From positions 1,792,001 through 1,856,000 of the forward strand of contig CBDCJH010000002.1 in the NCBI GenBank assembly GCA_965217775.1: DNA of 64,000 nucleotides, in the 5' to 3' direction. The notes beneath the pieces were generated by a model. The model ran no database searches. It saw only the letters and a program-made list of their open reading frames with translations, and had not been told where the DNA came from. Position 1 is the first letter of the stretch. Each line of letters starts with the position of its first letter. Shown piece by piece: positions 21,151-30,981 of this stretch. The position numbers and the translations under genes were made by a program. Source of the stretch: Acidobacteriota bacterium. Its GTDB lineage: Bacteria > Acidobacteriota > UBA6911 > RPQK01 > JAJDTT01.

Positions 21151-21641
21151 GAACGCCCCTCCGTCGAGTCGACATCAACAATCTACGATGATCAGCATGC
21201 TGGCACCGTCCGCATGGTGATTCAACTGACCATGGATGGCCTTTCTGCTGCTCAGTATCCCGGTGTGGCGAGCTTTTCTGTGCCGTTAGGCCCAATTCCT
21301 CGTCACCGACACGAAAATCGATTTGTTTAAAAGCATTTCAGTGGTTTTCTCAGCCATATGAATTCAAGCGCTGCCCTGCCGGCTCGAATGCGGTGATGAA
21401 AGCCGAAATCCGGCGATGTCCAGGGGTATTCGACCTTTCACGGGCACTCGTGAGCGATGGTTCTCCCCCAAGAGCCGGCTCCAGGGCAGAGTCCGTCCCG
21501 CAGACTTCCAACTTGGCGTCTTCCCAACGGCGGGTTCGCGGTAACAGCGAAGCGGATGGGTTTGCACTCGGGCCAGAACCGTCCGCAACCATGCCGCGTA
21601 CGGGTAGCTCTCGGAAAACGACAACCAGACCTTGCTCGCAC

Positions 21642-21710
21642 GCACACACAGAGAGGAGGTGCGCACACACAGAGAGGAGGTGACCAGAGAGGAGGTGACT
21701 GTCCCTTTCT
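21642..21710 (+). repeat. RAYT-type motif with upstream stutter (CAGAGAGGAGGTG)x3
   Basis: Three progressively extended copies ending in GGTGACTGTCCCTTT. Confidence 0.85.
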
Positions 21711-21914
21711 CATTCTGGTTTTTTGCGGGGAACACCACAGGAAAGAGTCCCCCTCGGCATCGGTCGGAATCCCCTGTCGCCTCTCTCGTGGCCGTTGTCC
21801 GCCGGTTCTGGTCCCCCGGGGCGACCGTTGGTATTCTCCAATGCACGCCTGACGGGTGGGGAAGTGCCCAGGACACGCCGTACCCATCCGGTCTAGGCTG
21901 GATCAGGAGTCCGT

Positions 21915-24290
21915 ATGATCAGTCCTCTACTTAGCTCATTCTCGAGTTCGTTTTTTGCTGGGTGGCTGTTTTTCGTTCTGTCACCGACGCAAACTGGCGG
22001 CCCCCCGTCAGAGAACGTCCGCCGACAGGCGGACGACTCGATTGTCCGACAGGAGCAGGAAGAGAAGGTTCTATACTTCCCGGATTATGTGGATGGCGGG
22101 GGCTGGTCGGTGCAACTAGTGCTCAGCAACGTCGACCCGAACGCCGCCGCCGAGATCCGGGTGGAAGTCTACGACCCGGACGGACAAAACCTTCGGGATC
22201 TATTCGATTCCGATTTGACGTTGGAGATTCCGGCGCTGGGCACTCGAGTCTTGAGAAGCGCCGGTTCAGGAGCCATTCGGCGGGGTTGGATCCGGATCGA
22301 GACCGATGCCGGCACCGTCAGTGGATTGTTGACCTACCGGCACGCCCAATCAGGGATCGAAGTCGTCGTCGAGCCCGCCCAATTGGGGAAGGAGTTCGCT
22401 CTGTTCGTGGAGGAATCAGAGACCGTCGGGGCGGGACTGGCCCTCTTCAAACCGGATGCGGAATCCAGGATCGAGGTGAGACTGCGCGACGAGGAGGGGA
22501 ACGATCCGTTGAACGGATTGTTCGTCCCCTGGGGGGATTTCCACCAGGCGGCGCGCACGCTCCCGGAATGGTTCGCCGTTGAAGGAATTGATATGGGATT
22601 TCTGGAGGACTTCCACGGCTTCCTGTTCCTACGAAGTGAGGACGGCACCCCCTTCGCTCCGCTCGGGCTGCGGTTCGGGAAGCGGACCTCTTCACTCTCG
22701 GCGGTGCCGGCGATTCGGGTCCCGGACGGAGGCGGGAACGACGGTGGCCATCCACCCCCGCCGACATCGATCGATCAGGGTCAGAGCACGACGTTGACGT
22801 GGCCGTCGACGAGTGCGGCGAGTGCGGAGATCACCCCGGACATCGGCGTGGTGCCCACTTCGGGTTCGCGGAAGGTGTCGCCGGACGTCACCCCGCCCTG
22901 CCACATCAACGTAACAGGGGCCGACGGACAGACCGCCATGGCGTCGGTCACGGTGACCGCCCTGACGGAATGTGATCGGGTCGGCGTCCCGGTCGAGCCG
23001 GTATCCGGAGAGCCGGCGGCCGCGATCCGCATTGTGGCAGGCGAGGGGCAACGCGCGTTCACCGAGCGCACCCTCGACAAGCCCCTTGTAGTTCGCGTTC
23101 TCGACACGTCAGATCTGCCTGTTTCCGGGGTGGCCGTGAACTTCGTACCAACGCCGGAAAGCGGTCGGGTGGATCCCTCGACCGCAGCCACGGATTCGAA
23201 CGGCGAGGTCGCGGTGGAGTGGACCATGGGCTCCGCGGCCGGTATCCAGACGCTCATAGTCGCCGCAGGCCTGGCTATTACGGGTGTCAACGTCTACGCG
23301 ATCGACCTCGAGTCCGAACTCGACAACGTTTTTGCCGCGCCGACCGCCGCGGAGATCGAGGCCGTTCGTGCAGACTGGGCCGCGCGTGACATCTCTGCGG
23401 TTGACGTGTTCGTTGAATTCACGGAGACGTATCCCCTGGGCGAAACCCCGGCGACCCTGCGCGTGGTGTCGCATCAGGTCGGGGAGGTGCGCCACTACGG
23501 GGCGATCCTTGCGCCCGACTCTGCGGCACCCGGGACGCTGCCCGTCCTGATGTACCTGCACGGCGGCGACAGCGGTGTCGACGTGGGCGACATCGATATC
23601 GTCGGGTATTCCTTGGGCGAGCTGCGAGACAGCTTCGTCTACGTAATCCCGTCTTTTCGCAGCGAACGGCTTGAATATGGCGATAGCGTGTGGGTCTCGA
23701 CCGGATCTGGCGGTCACTGGGACTACGATGTGGACGACGCCCTGGCGCTCTTGAACGTGGCTCTGGAGCTGACTCCGCAGGCGAAGTCCGAAGGTGTGAG
23801 CATCGTCGGCGGAAGTCGTGGAGCGGGCGTCGCCATGCTGGCCGGCATCCGCGACGAGCGCATCGAGAACATCGTCGCCTTCTTCGGTCCCACCGACTTC
23901 TTCGACGACTGGGTGCGGCAAATCGTGCGCGAGGCGGTCCTGGGGCGTCCGCGCCAGCTCACGGGCGTGGCCCACATGGACTCCACTTTCGTTCAGCCCT
24001 ACATGAGAGGCGAGATCGAACTGGCTGAGTTGCGCCTGGAGTTGGTGCGCCGCTCCTCCGTCCTGTTCGCCGAAGACCTGCCGGGCGTCCAGCTGCACCA
24101 TGGCGATTCCGACGAGACCGTCGCCGTCAGCCAAGCGTACTCGATGATCCGTACCATGGAGGCCTTGGGACGCGAGCCTCCCGAGTTCGAGGCCTTCATC
24201 TACGAGGGTGGAGGACACGAGGTGTTCGGTCTAAGGGGTGCCATTCCGCGGGCGGTGCGGTTCCTGTGGCGTGCCCTGGGAAGGGAATAA
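21915..24290 (+). CDS. Secreted mosaic protein: N-terminal beta domain, Ig-like domains, alpha/beta hydrolase (S9-like)
   Basis: Signal-like N-terminus; Big-like PLVVRV..ATDSNGEV; YLHGG, GGSRG nucleophile elbow, HHGDSDETV, GGGH. Confidence 0.75.
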   Translation: MISPLLSSFSSSFFAGWLFFVLSPTQTGGPPSENVRRQADDSIVRQEQEEKVLYFPDYVDGGGWSVQLVLSNVDPNAAAEIRVEVYDPDGQNLRDLFDSDLTLEIPALGTRVLRSAGSGAIRRGWIRIETDAGTVSGLLTYRHAQSGIEVVVEPAQLGKEFALFVEESETVGAGLALFKPDAESRIEVRLRDEEGNDPLNGLFVPWGDFHQAARTLPEWFAVEGIDMGFLEDFHGFLFLRSEDGTPFAPLGLRFGKRTSSLSAVPAIRVPDGGGNDGGHPPPPTSIDQGQSTTLTWPSTSAASAEITPDIGVVPTSGSRKVSPDVTPPCHINVTGADGQTAMASVTVTALTECDRVGVPVEPVSGEPAAAIRIVAGEGQRAFTERTLDKPLVVRVLDTSDLPVSGVAVNFVPTPESGRVDPSTAATDSNGEVAVEWTMGSAAGIQTLIVAAGLAITGVNVYAIDLESELDNVFAAPTAAEIEAVRADWAARDISAVDVFVEFTETYPLGETPATLRVVSHQVGEVRHYGAILAPDSAAPGTLPVLMYLHGGDSGVDVGDIDIVGYSLGELRDSFVYVIPSFRSERLEYGDSVWVSTGSGGHWDYDVDDALALLNVALELTPQAKSEGVSIVGGSRGAGVAMLAGIRDERIENIVAFFGPTDFFDDWVRQIVREAVLGRPRQLTGVAHMDSTFVQPYMRGEIELAELRLELVRRSSVLFAEDLPGVQLHHGDSDETVAVSQAYSMIRTMEALGREPPEFEAFIYEGGGHEVFGLRGAIPRAVRFLWRALGRE

Positions 24291-24356
24291 AGTAGCTTAT
24301 GGGGCTGACCTTTTGCCGGAGTTGGAGGAATCTTTCGGAGAGGGAGGTGACGTCAC

Positions 24357-24683
24357 GTGAAAACACGCCGCAAGTTCCCCGCCGGTACAGTCCTCGTCAC
24401 GGCGATCCTGGGGGCAGTTTCTCTCAGCCCATCCAGAATGGCGCACGCGGGACCCGAGGAGTACGAGCGCGTCTATTGGGACAAGGGAGACGCGAGGAAG
24501 GTCATCGCCCGCGCGACAGCAATCGACATGGGGAACACCAGTGAGATGCTCCTTCGCATCACTGCAGCCGCATTCAATACCGAACCGAACAGAGACGAGA
24601 CCACTTCTGGCGTCTGGCTCACAGACGACGTCTGCTGGTCACTGGCTATTCTTGTGCAAGAGGAATTAACGACGGACCGATGA
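24357..24683 (+). pseudogene. Secreted hypothetical protein, probably frameshifted
   Basis: GGAGG RBS and signal peptide; protein-like reading (DEEKEKFYESF) continues in another frame after the stop. Confidence 0.4.
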
Positions 24684-25812
24684 GGAGAAGGAGAAATTTT
24701 ACGAGTCCTTCGTGGAAACGGGTGCATGCCGTGAAGCCCGACACCCCGCCCGAGCACCGGGATTGGTATCCGCAGGGGACAGACTCACCGACAACCGAAA
24801 CGGAACAAATGAAGCGACCTTATGATGCCTAAAAAGAATCTTCGAGGTGACCGCTGGGATACGGATTCGATGATTTGGAACGCCATTCGTATACGGGTCG
24901 TTGCCCGAGCTGTTGTGGTCTCATCGGGATTCCCATACCTACTGGACGCACCTCCACGAAAAGCGTTGGGGCGTGTTTCGAACCAGTGAACTCAGTCAGG
25001 CCTTAACGGTGATACTCAACGCCTACAGTAAGCGGTGGGGCGATTCCGCCTATAGCGCGGACACTTATGGGTGAGTCGCCTGCCGAGAGACAAGCCTGCG
25101 CTGCCCCGTCGCTGAAGAGGATTCTGCGTCGCCTCCTCTGTGGTGGAGCCTTTTCCTCCGCTGGATCGCAGTAACGTACTTTATCGACATTAATTCGAGG
25201 CCCCCGCCGCAGACCAATCCGGGCCGCCCACCCTCCACGCGGGGACTCCGCAAATCCGGCCGGCCCCGTAGAGGGCCTCTGCCGCGTCGGCTCCAGGCGC
25301 GCCCGCGCCCGGCCGGGCCGGATTTGGCCGGAACGGGGGATTTTCGGAAGATCCGGAGAAGAAAACGCGCTCAGAGGGCCTGTGCCGGCCTGGCGAGCCC
25401 GGACCAACGGTTAGGTGATAGGCCCTGGAGCTACACCCAGGCTCCGCCAGCGTCTCGCGGCGGAGGGGGAATTTTGCAGAACGGGCGCGCGGGTATTTTG
25501 TGGTCCGAGAGATCTGGACCTCGAGCGGTCTGAGAAACGCGATCCTGCTTCCGGAACTCGGCCGGGGATTCGTTTGTTTCCAGGGGGTTGCGGAAGCGTA
25601 CATCGTTCGCTCGAATGAATAATCCCCGCTCTCTGACTTGATACACAGGCCTCCGGCGGTCCGCGGCGGCCGGGGGGAGCTCCACCGGGTCAATTTGGAC
25701 GTCTCCGAGACCCTGCAGGGCCGACTTGAGGCGTGGAGTCCGCCCGATTTTGGCGAAAATCGGCCTACAGGACCTCGCTGACGACAGAACCTGACTCCGC
25801 CGGCGTTGGATC

Positions 25813-26151
25813 ATGTCTGAAACGATGCGAAAACGCCGGAAGCTCAACACCAGAGCCGGCCGGCTGGCGGCCCGCGAGCGAGTCCGTCAACTGGTGAGTG
25901 AGCACGATGACCAGATGGTGCTCCTGGTCTGGGGTGGCCGAGTGCTCGGCTGGTCGCTCCGCCGGATCGCAGCGGCCCTGGAGGGGTCAGTAGCTCCCCC
26001 CGGCCGCCGGGCGGGGTACGCGGCCGGGAAGTGGACGGCAGCCGCTGTCCAGCGGATTTGCCGCCGCCACGGCATTCCCACGGACCGGCCCGCCGAGCCG
26101 CCCCGTGCGTTCCTCGCGGACGTGAGGGGTTCTGAAGCGCGGGATTACTGA
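25813..26151 (+). CDS. Small protein resembling the serine-recombinase 'recombinase' DNA-binding domain
   Basis: GWSLRRIAAAL...GKWTAAAVQRI pattern. Confidence 0.55.
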   Translation: MSETMRKRRKLNTRAGRLAARERVRQLVSEHDDQMVLLVWGGRVLGWSLRRIAAALEGSVAPPGRRAGYAAGKWTAAAVQRICRRHGIPTDRPAEPPRAFLADVRGSEARDY

Positions 26152-26251
26152 ATCAGCGGAATGTTTGACTCCAAGGTGAAACTCCGGCCCGAGATCAGCA
26201 TCTAAGGGGAGGTCGATCACCCACGCATCCGGACCCGCGAGGAGGACCACC

Positions 26252-26590
26252 ATGGCGAGACCCACCGATGAGATCATGAACGGGCAAAGAGTGGTCCACG
26301 TCGAGAACGAGGACGAATTCTTCTACTACTCCGATCGGGGTCCGATAACACTTTCCCGCGAGCTGGCGGAATCCCTGGGCTTCAGGGAATACCCCGGCTC
26401 CGCGGAAGAACTGCACGCCGAGGAGTGGGAAGAGACATTGAACGGCGAGCGGGAGTGGGAGGAGTTGCAGAAAGAATGGGCCGAAGAGGAGCGGCGGGCC
26501 GAACACCCGACGGACCCCTCCAGCCCCTTCTATGAAAGAGATGACCGCCCCCTGGCTGTGGTGATCCCGTTCCCAACCAGGGTCCAATAA
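26252..26590 (+). CDS. Acidic hypothetical protein
   Basis: GAGGAGG RBS before ATG; Glu-rich. Confidence 0.6.
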   Translation: MARPTDEIMNGQRVVHVENEDEFFYYSDRGPITLSRELAESLGFREYPGSAEELHAEEWEETLNGEREWEELQKEWAEEERRAEHPTDPSSPFYERDDRPLAVVIPFPTRVQ

Positions 26591-26606
26591 AATCAACTTA
26601 TTCTGA

Positions 26607-26663
26607 GAAAAGGTGACTGTCCCCTTCTCGGTCCTCGTCCCCTTCTCGGTCCTCGATCCCCTC
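26607..26663 (+). repeat. RAYT-type motif with 18-bp tandem duplication
   Basis: GAAAAGGTGACT then GTCCCCTTCTCGGTCCTC at 26619 and 26637. Confidence 0.85.
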
Positions 26664-26747
26664 ATTTTTCCCAACCCGGTGAGCCCCTTCCGACGAGAAA
26701 TTCACATCTTCTGATGTGGAGCCGCTAATGAGGAGCGGAGTCACTCC

Positions 26748-27287
26748 ATGGCAGTAGGAGGCACCATGATGATTATTCTGACGATGAAATCGAGCCGGAC
26801 TCAGATCCTCGCCTTGTTCCTGGTGGGACTGACCTTCCAGCCGGCGCACGCGGAGGTGATCCCGGGACGCTGGGAGAAGGTCTCCGCCTTGGAAATGGCA
26901 TCAACCGTCACGGTGGAACTGAAAAACGGGGATCGAATTAAGGGCCAGTTCCGAGGCTTGGTGCCATCAGCTCTGGAACTCCGGAGCCCCGCTGGCCGGG
27001 CAGTGATTCCAAAATCGGACATCCAGATGATTGCCACTCTGGCGAAGGATGGTCTGGGCAACGGAGCCGGGATTGGAGCCGCGGTCGGGGCCGGCCTTGG
27101 ACTCGGGGCCTTCGTCCTCGCTGCTCGTACTCGAGGTGGTTTGGATTCGGCACCGGGGACTTTGTTGACCATTGGCGGAATCGGAGCAGGCATAGGGGCC
27201 GCAATAGGCGCGGCTGCCGATGCCGCCACGAAGGGCGAGACCATCGTACTCTACAAAGCCCCTGGAAGTTCTCAGCGTTCCAAATGA
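26748..27287 (+). CDS. Glycine-zipper membrane/secreted hypothetical protein
   Basis: Signal peptide ending AHA, GAGIGAAVGAG and GAGIGAAIGAA; start uncertain. Confidence 0.65.
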   Translation: MAVGGTMMIILTMKSSRTQILALFLVGLTFQPAHAEVIPGRWEKVSALEMASTVTVELKNGDRIKGQFRGLVPSALELRSPAGRAVIPKSDIQMIATLAKDGLGNGAGIGAAVGAGLGLGAFVLAARTRGGLDSAPGTLLTIGGIGAGIGAAIGAAADAATKGETIVLYKAPGSSQRSK

Positions 27288-27432
27288 AGGGGTTCGGAGT
27301 GGTGGCTACCCGATCCGCCGGCAGCCGAGACGCAAACAGCGAACCTTTCAAAATGATGGGGAATTGGCGGTTCTCTTCGGGAACGTCTATGTCCATTAAC
27401 GAAGTTAACGGAAGCACAGGGGTTCGACCCAT

Positions 27433-27558
27433 CAGATGTCGGGGACATCCGCCGCTACCAGGATCTCGAAGTCGACCACCTGGGAGCGGGTCTGTTGACG
27501 GATGACCTGTCCGAGAGTCTGGACCGGATCGAGTGCTTCATGACCACCGTGGCGCCGG
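27433..27558 (+). repeat. Diverged copy 2 of the LLM gene 3' end (att-like)
   Basis: GACATCCGCCGCTAYCAGGATCT...TTCATGACCA aligns with 19770-19904. Confidence 0.85.
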
Positions 27559-27559
27559 G

Positions 27560-27997
27560 GGGGCTCCATTTTTAGAACCGGCATTCGTAGTGAAGGACCC
27601 GGCGTCACTGCCGCGTTCCACTGGGGAGTACGAGATCATCGGGCGAACCGGTGACGGGGACGTGTTGTTCTCGCTTCCATTCCAGATGCCGGAGGTGGCC
27701 GACGGAGATGGGAGATCCTCCTTCGCTTTCGTTCTGCCTGTGCAGCCAGAATGGGCCGATCAGTTGGCCAGCATCACCCTGTCCGGACCCGGTGGCTCGG
27801 TCACGCTGGATCAGGACACCAACCGCCCGGTCACTATCCTGCGAAATCCGCGGACCGGGCAGATTCGTGCCATCCTGCGCGGCGCGGCGGCCGCCCCCGA
27901 AAGCGTGGACGCCACAGTGTCGGCGCTGTCATTGGACCCGGGATTGGAGAGGTTGACCAGCCGCGGAATCCCGGACCCGGAAGGCTGGACACAATAA
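27560..27997 (+). pseudogene. C-terminal fragment of a larger secreted protein
   Basis: Begins abruptly after the LLM copy with no RBS or start; protein-like PFLEPAFVV...SITLSGPGG. Confidence 0.5.
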
Positions 27998-28077
27998 TAG
28001 AGGCGGATCGTTCACCCGGAGAACGAACTCCGTAAATTGACGTCCGTTAACTGCAATTAAAAAGGAAGCAGCGCAGC

Positions 28078-28129
28078 GAAAAGGTGACTGTCCCCTTCGC
28101 ATTCGCATTCGCATTCGCATTCGCATTCG
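28078..28129 (+). repeat. RAYT-type motif followed by (TTCGCA)x5
   Basis: GAAAAGGTGACTGTCCCC then the hexamer array 28096-28125. Confidence 0.88.
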
Positions 28130-28187
28130 GGGTCCCATGGAGAAGGTACTGGCGCTCTGCAAGAAGTACGGCGTGGCCTTCGGAACC

Positions 28188-28661
28188 CTACTTTGTGATC
28201 CCGCCAGATTGCCCCCAGCCGGTCGCTTGGCGCTCCCCCCCTTTGTGGTACTCCACTGATACATTGAACGCAGAACCAAAGACATGGGCGCTCACGTATA
28301 GAACTGGCCCGTCTGTCTTGGCTCGGTCATAAGGATCCGAGTAGAGGCCGACTGGCCGCAAGTGCGTTACCGCCGCCAGCCAGAGGCGATGCTCGGTTAA
28401 ACCAATTTTCCTCGCATCGTTGCTCAAGCGTTTCACCACTACTGCCATGGGACGGCAGGCGTTGTACAGCCTCCTCCGGTCCTGGTCGTTAATATGCTGG
28501 CCTTGATGGGGCCGAGCTGAAATACCGCGAAAACAGCGAGTGCAACGAACCAGGTTGGGAGTCTGACGGGCCGGCGATTGCGGGGACTCATGCGGTGGAA
28601 CCCTACTACACCCTCTCCCGTGGTCGGCATCATTCCATTCGTGACGGTTTACGGATATCAT
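28188..28661 (-). pseudogene. Hypothetical protein, probably truncated
   Basis: Protein-like ORF that ends at a mosaic junction. Confidence 0.35.
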
Positions 28662-28684
28662 AAAGCTAGGTACTCTGGCGGTTC

Positions 28685-28963
28685 ATGATCCGAAGTTTCA
28701 GCGACCGAAACACCCGGCGCTTCTTCGAGGGCCGTCGGGTGGGAGCGTTCCAGGGATTCGCAGATCAGGCCGTGCGCCGTCTCACCCTGTTGGACAACGC
28801 GGAGTCCCTTCGAGACTTGGCCGGGTTGCCCAGCAACCGTCTGGAAGCGCTTCGGGGCAACCGGGCCGGCCAGTTCAGCATCCGGATCAATGCGCAGTGG
28901 CGAATCTGTTTTCGTTGGGGAGAGGATGGACCCTACGAAGTCGAGATCGTGGACTATCACTGA
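28685..28963 (+). CDS. higB: HigB toxin (RelE/ParE family)
   Basis: MIRSF, PSNRLEALRGNRAGQFSIRINAQWRICF, VEIVDYH. Confidence 0.93.
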   Translation: MIRSFSDRNTRRFFEGRRVGAFQGFADQAVRRLTLLDNAESLRDLAGLPSNRLEALRGNRAGQFSIRINAQWRICFRWGEDGPYEVEIVDYH

Positions 28964-28973
28964 GGAGGTCGAG

Positions 28974-29315
28974 GTGACGAGCTTTAAAAATGGGATGCGA
29001 CCGGTGCATCCGGGAGAGATCTTGCGGGACGAGTTGGATGCGCTTGGCTTGTCGGCCAATGCGCTGTCGAAGGCACTGGGCGTGCCCGTGAATCGAATCA
29101 CGGCGATCCTGAATGGGCAGCGGGGTGTGACGGCCAACACGGCATTGCGCCTGGCGCGCTACTTCGGGACGACCCCGCAGGTTTGGCTGAATCTGCAGAA
29201 GACGTGGGAGCTGCGGCGGGAAGAGATCAGCGTTGGGAGCTTGATTGCCGAACGCGTCCAGCCCCGGCAAACGATGACGCCGATTGAAGTGACCAGTGTC
29301 GACACCCGATCCTGA
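28974..29315 (+). CDS. higA: HigA antitoxin (HTH-XRE)
   Basis: MRPVHPGEIL, TALRLARYFGTTPQVWLNLQ; GTG start after GAGG. Confidence 0.93.
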   Translation: MTSFKNGMRPVHPGEILRDELDALGLSANALSKALGVPVNRITAILNGQRGVTANTALRLARYFGTTPQVWLNLQKTWELRREEISVGSLIAERVQPRQTMTPIEVTSVDTRS

Positions 29316-29435
29316 GTAAATGTCCGGTCAACTGTTCACCCAGTATTTTCTCACCGACGTCATAAAGACCACCTTTGAATGGAGAGCGTCACTCGCCCAA
29401 CCGGAGGACTTCCTCCAGTTCCGAGACAGAAGACG

Positions 29436-30095
29436 ATGATAACCACCAATGTCATCCAGCGGACCTTCTTCGTCAAGATCGGTAATATGACAGGCACTGC
29501 GTTCACCATTGACCGCAACGGTAGGCAATACCTCGTGACGGCCCGCCATATTGCTGGTGGCGCAGTGCAAAGCATGGAGGTCTTCCACAATGGCCGGTGG
29601 ACGTCGCTTAGTGTAAACGCCGTAGGCATTGGACGGAACGACGTCGACGTAGCTGTCTTCGCGCCCAATGTCATATTGTCGCCGCCACATCTTCTAGAGG
29701 CGACCTCTGCTGGATTGACCTACGGACAGCCAGTTTCCTTCCTCGGGTTCCCTTTCGATTGGCAAGGAGGCTTGGCCCACATGAACAACGGTTTCCCGTT
29801 TCCGTTCGTGAAGGCTGGAATCGTAAGTGCACCGCCCAGCCACCGGATTTGGACCGACACCCACGGCAACCGAGGGTTCAGCGGCGCCCCGGTGGTATTC
29901 AAATCGCTATCTGGCGCCGGCAACTCGCCATGGAAGGTCGCGGGCATCGTTGTTAAATCAAAGCCCGATCCTCAGACAGGCGGGAACGCTGGATTCGTCA
30001 TTGCTGAACCAATCAAGGCTGCGACAGCCTTGATGGACGAAAGGCCTATCGGAGCTACAATGTTCGGCGGAACTGCCTCCGGCAAGACATCCTGA
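29436..30095 (+). CDS. Trypsin-like serine protease
   Basis: Triad motifs LVTARH, DVAV, GNRGFSGAPV. Confidence 0.8.
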   Translation: MITTNVIQRTFFVKIGNMTGTAFTIDRNGRQYLVTARHIAGGAVQSMEVFHNGRWTSLSVNAVGIGRNDVDVAVFAPNVILSPPHLLEATSAGLTYGQPVSFLGFPFDWQGGLAHMNNGFPFPFVKAGIVSAPPSHRIWTDTHGNRGFSGAPVVFKSLSGAGNSPWKVAGIVVKSKPDPQTGGNAGFVIAEPIKAATALMDERPIGATMFGGTASGKTS

Positions 30096-30126
30096 TTAGA
30101 CCTTGCCGGGCGACGATTCACACAGA

Positions 30127-30157
30127 GAAAAGGTGACTGTCCCCTTCTCACCTTTTC
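30127..30157 (+). repeat. RAYT-type motif with fold-back
   Basis: GAAAAGGTGA-CTGTCCCCTTC-TCACCTTTTC hairpin. Confidence 0.85.
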
Positions 30158-30158
30158 G

Positions 30159-30725
30159 AGAGGGAAGGTCCAGCGACGGATCCTGGCCACGTCAATCAGG
30201 ACGTAGAGTCCTCCCAGGATCAGGCAGCACCAGCCCGTCGAAAAGATTGCCCAGGAGGGTGTCCAGATCCGCTTGACAAGTGGACAGACACCCGTCCAAT
30301 CGAGGATCAGTCCTACGGTCAGACCAAGAATTCCCGCTGCCAGAAGTGTTCTGAGCTTGGTTTGGGCCGAGCGGTGCGAGCGCAGGAACCCGCCCACCAT
30401 CAGGCCGAAAAGCATGGTGGCCAGGGAGGGAATGAAGTTGATGGTCTGATACCCTCCTCCGTTGTGGACGAACGGCTCCTGGCGTGGCAACTGGTTCAGC
30501 AGCCAGCCGTCAACGGCATGACCGACGTTGGCGTTCTTATGCCAGGCTGGAGACACTTCCGCCAGATGTCGCTGAGCCCACTCCGGTTGAACACCCACCT
30601 CAGGCTAGCCGCTCGTAAGCTCGACACCGGTTCCGGGATACAGGACGTACAACATCCACGTCAGGATCAGGACGAACACTGCCCCAAGGGCCTGACTTCG
30701 AATTCTTCGACGCCAGAACAAAAAG
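30159..30725 (-). pseudogene. Internal fragment duplicating the HGSNAT-like gene
   Basis: Near-identical to about 20132-20698; TCG to TAG in-frame stop at about 30605; lacks both ends. Confidence 0.9.
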
Positions 30726-30804
30726 CGCAGAGCAAAGGTGACTGTCCCCTTTTCGCGACCCGCCCGTCACGCAGAGCAAAGGTGACTGTCCCCTTTTCGC
30801 GACC
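30726..30804 (+). repeat. 35-bp direct repeat containing the RAYT-type motif
   Basis: CGCAGAGCAAAGGTGACTGTCCCCTTTTCGCGACC at 30726 and 30770. Confidence 0.9.
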
Positions 30805-30981
30805 GGTGGGTCATGCGCTGTGCGAACGGAGACATCTACGACGTTTCTTATGTGAAGGGGGAGGAGCGCAACCGAACGATCCGGAAACTGCAACAGTGAC
30901 ACCTTCCGGGGGATGTAACGAGGCAGTTTCTACTGAAGCGGATCTATCTTGCAATTGATCGTCGAACCGCTGGGAGGATGA

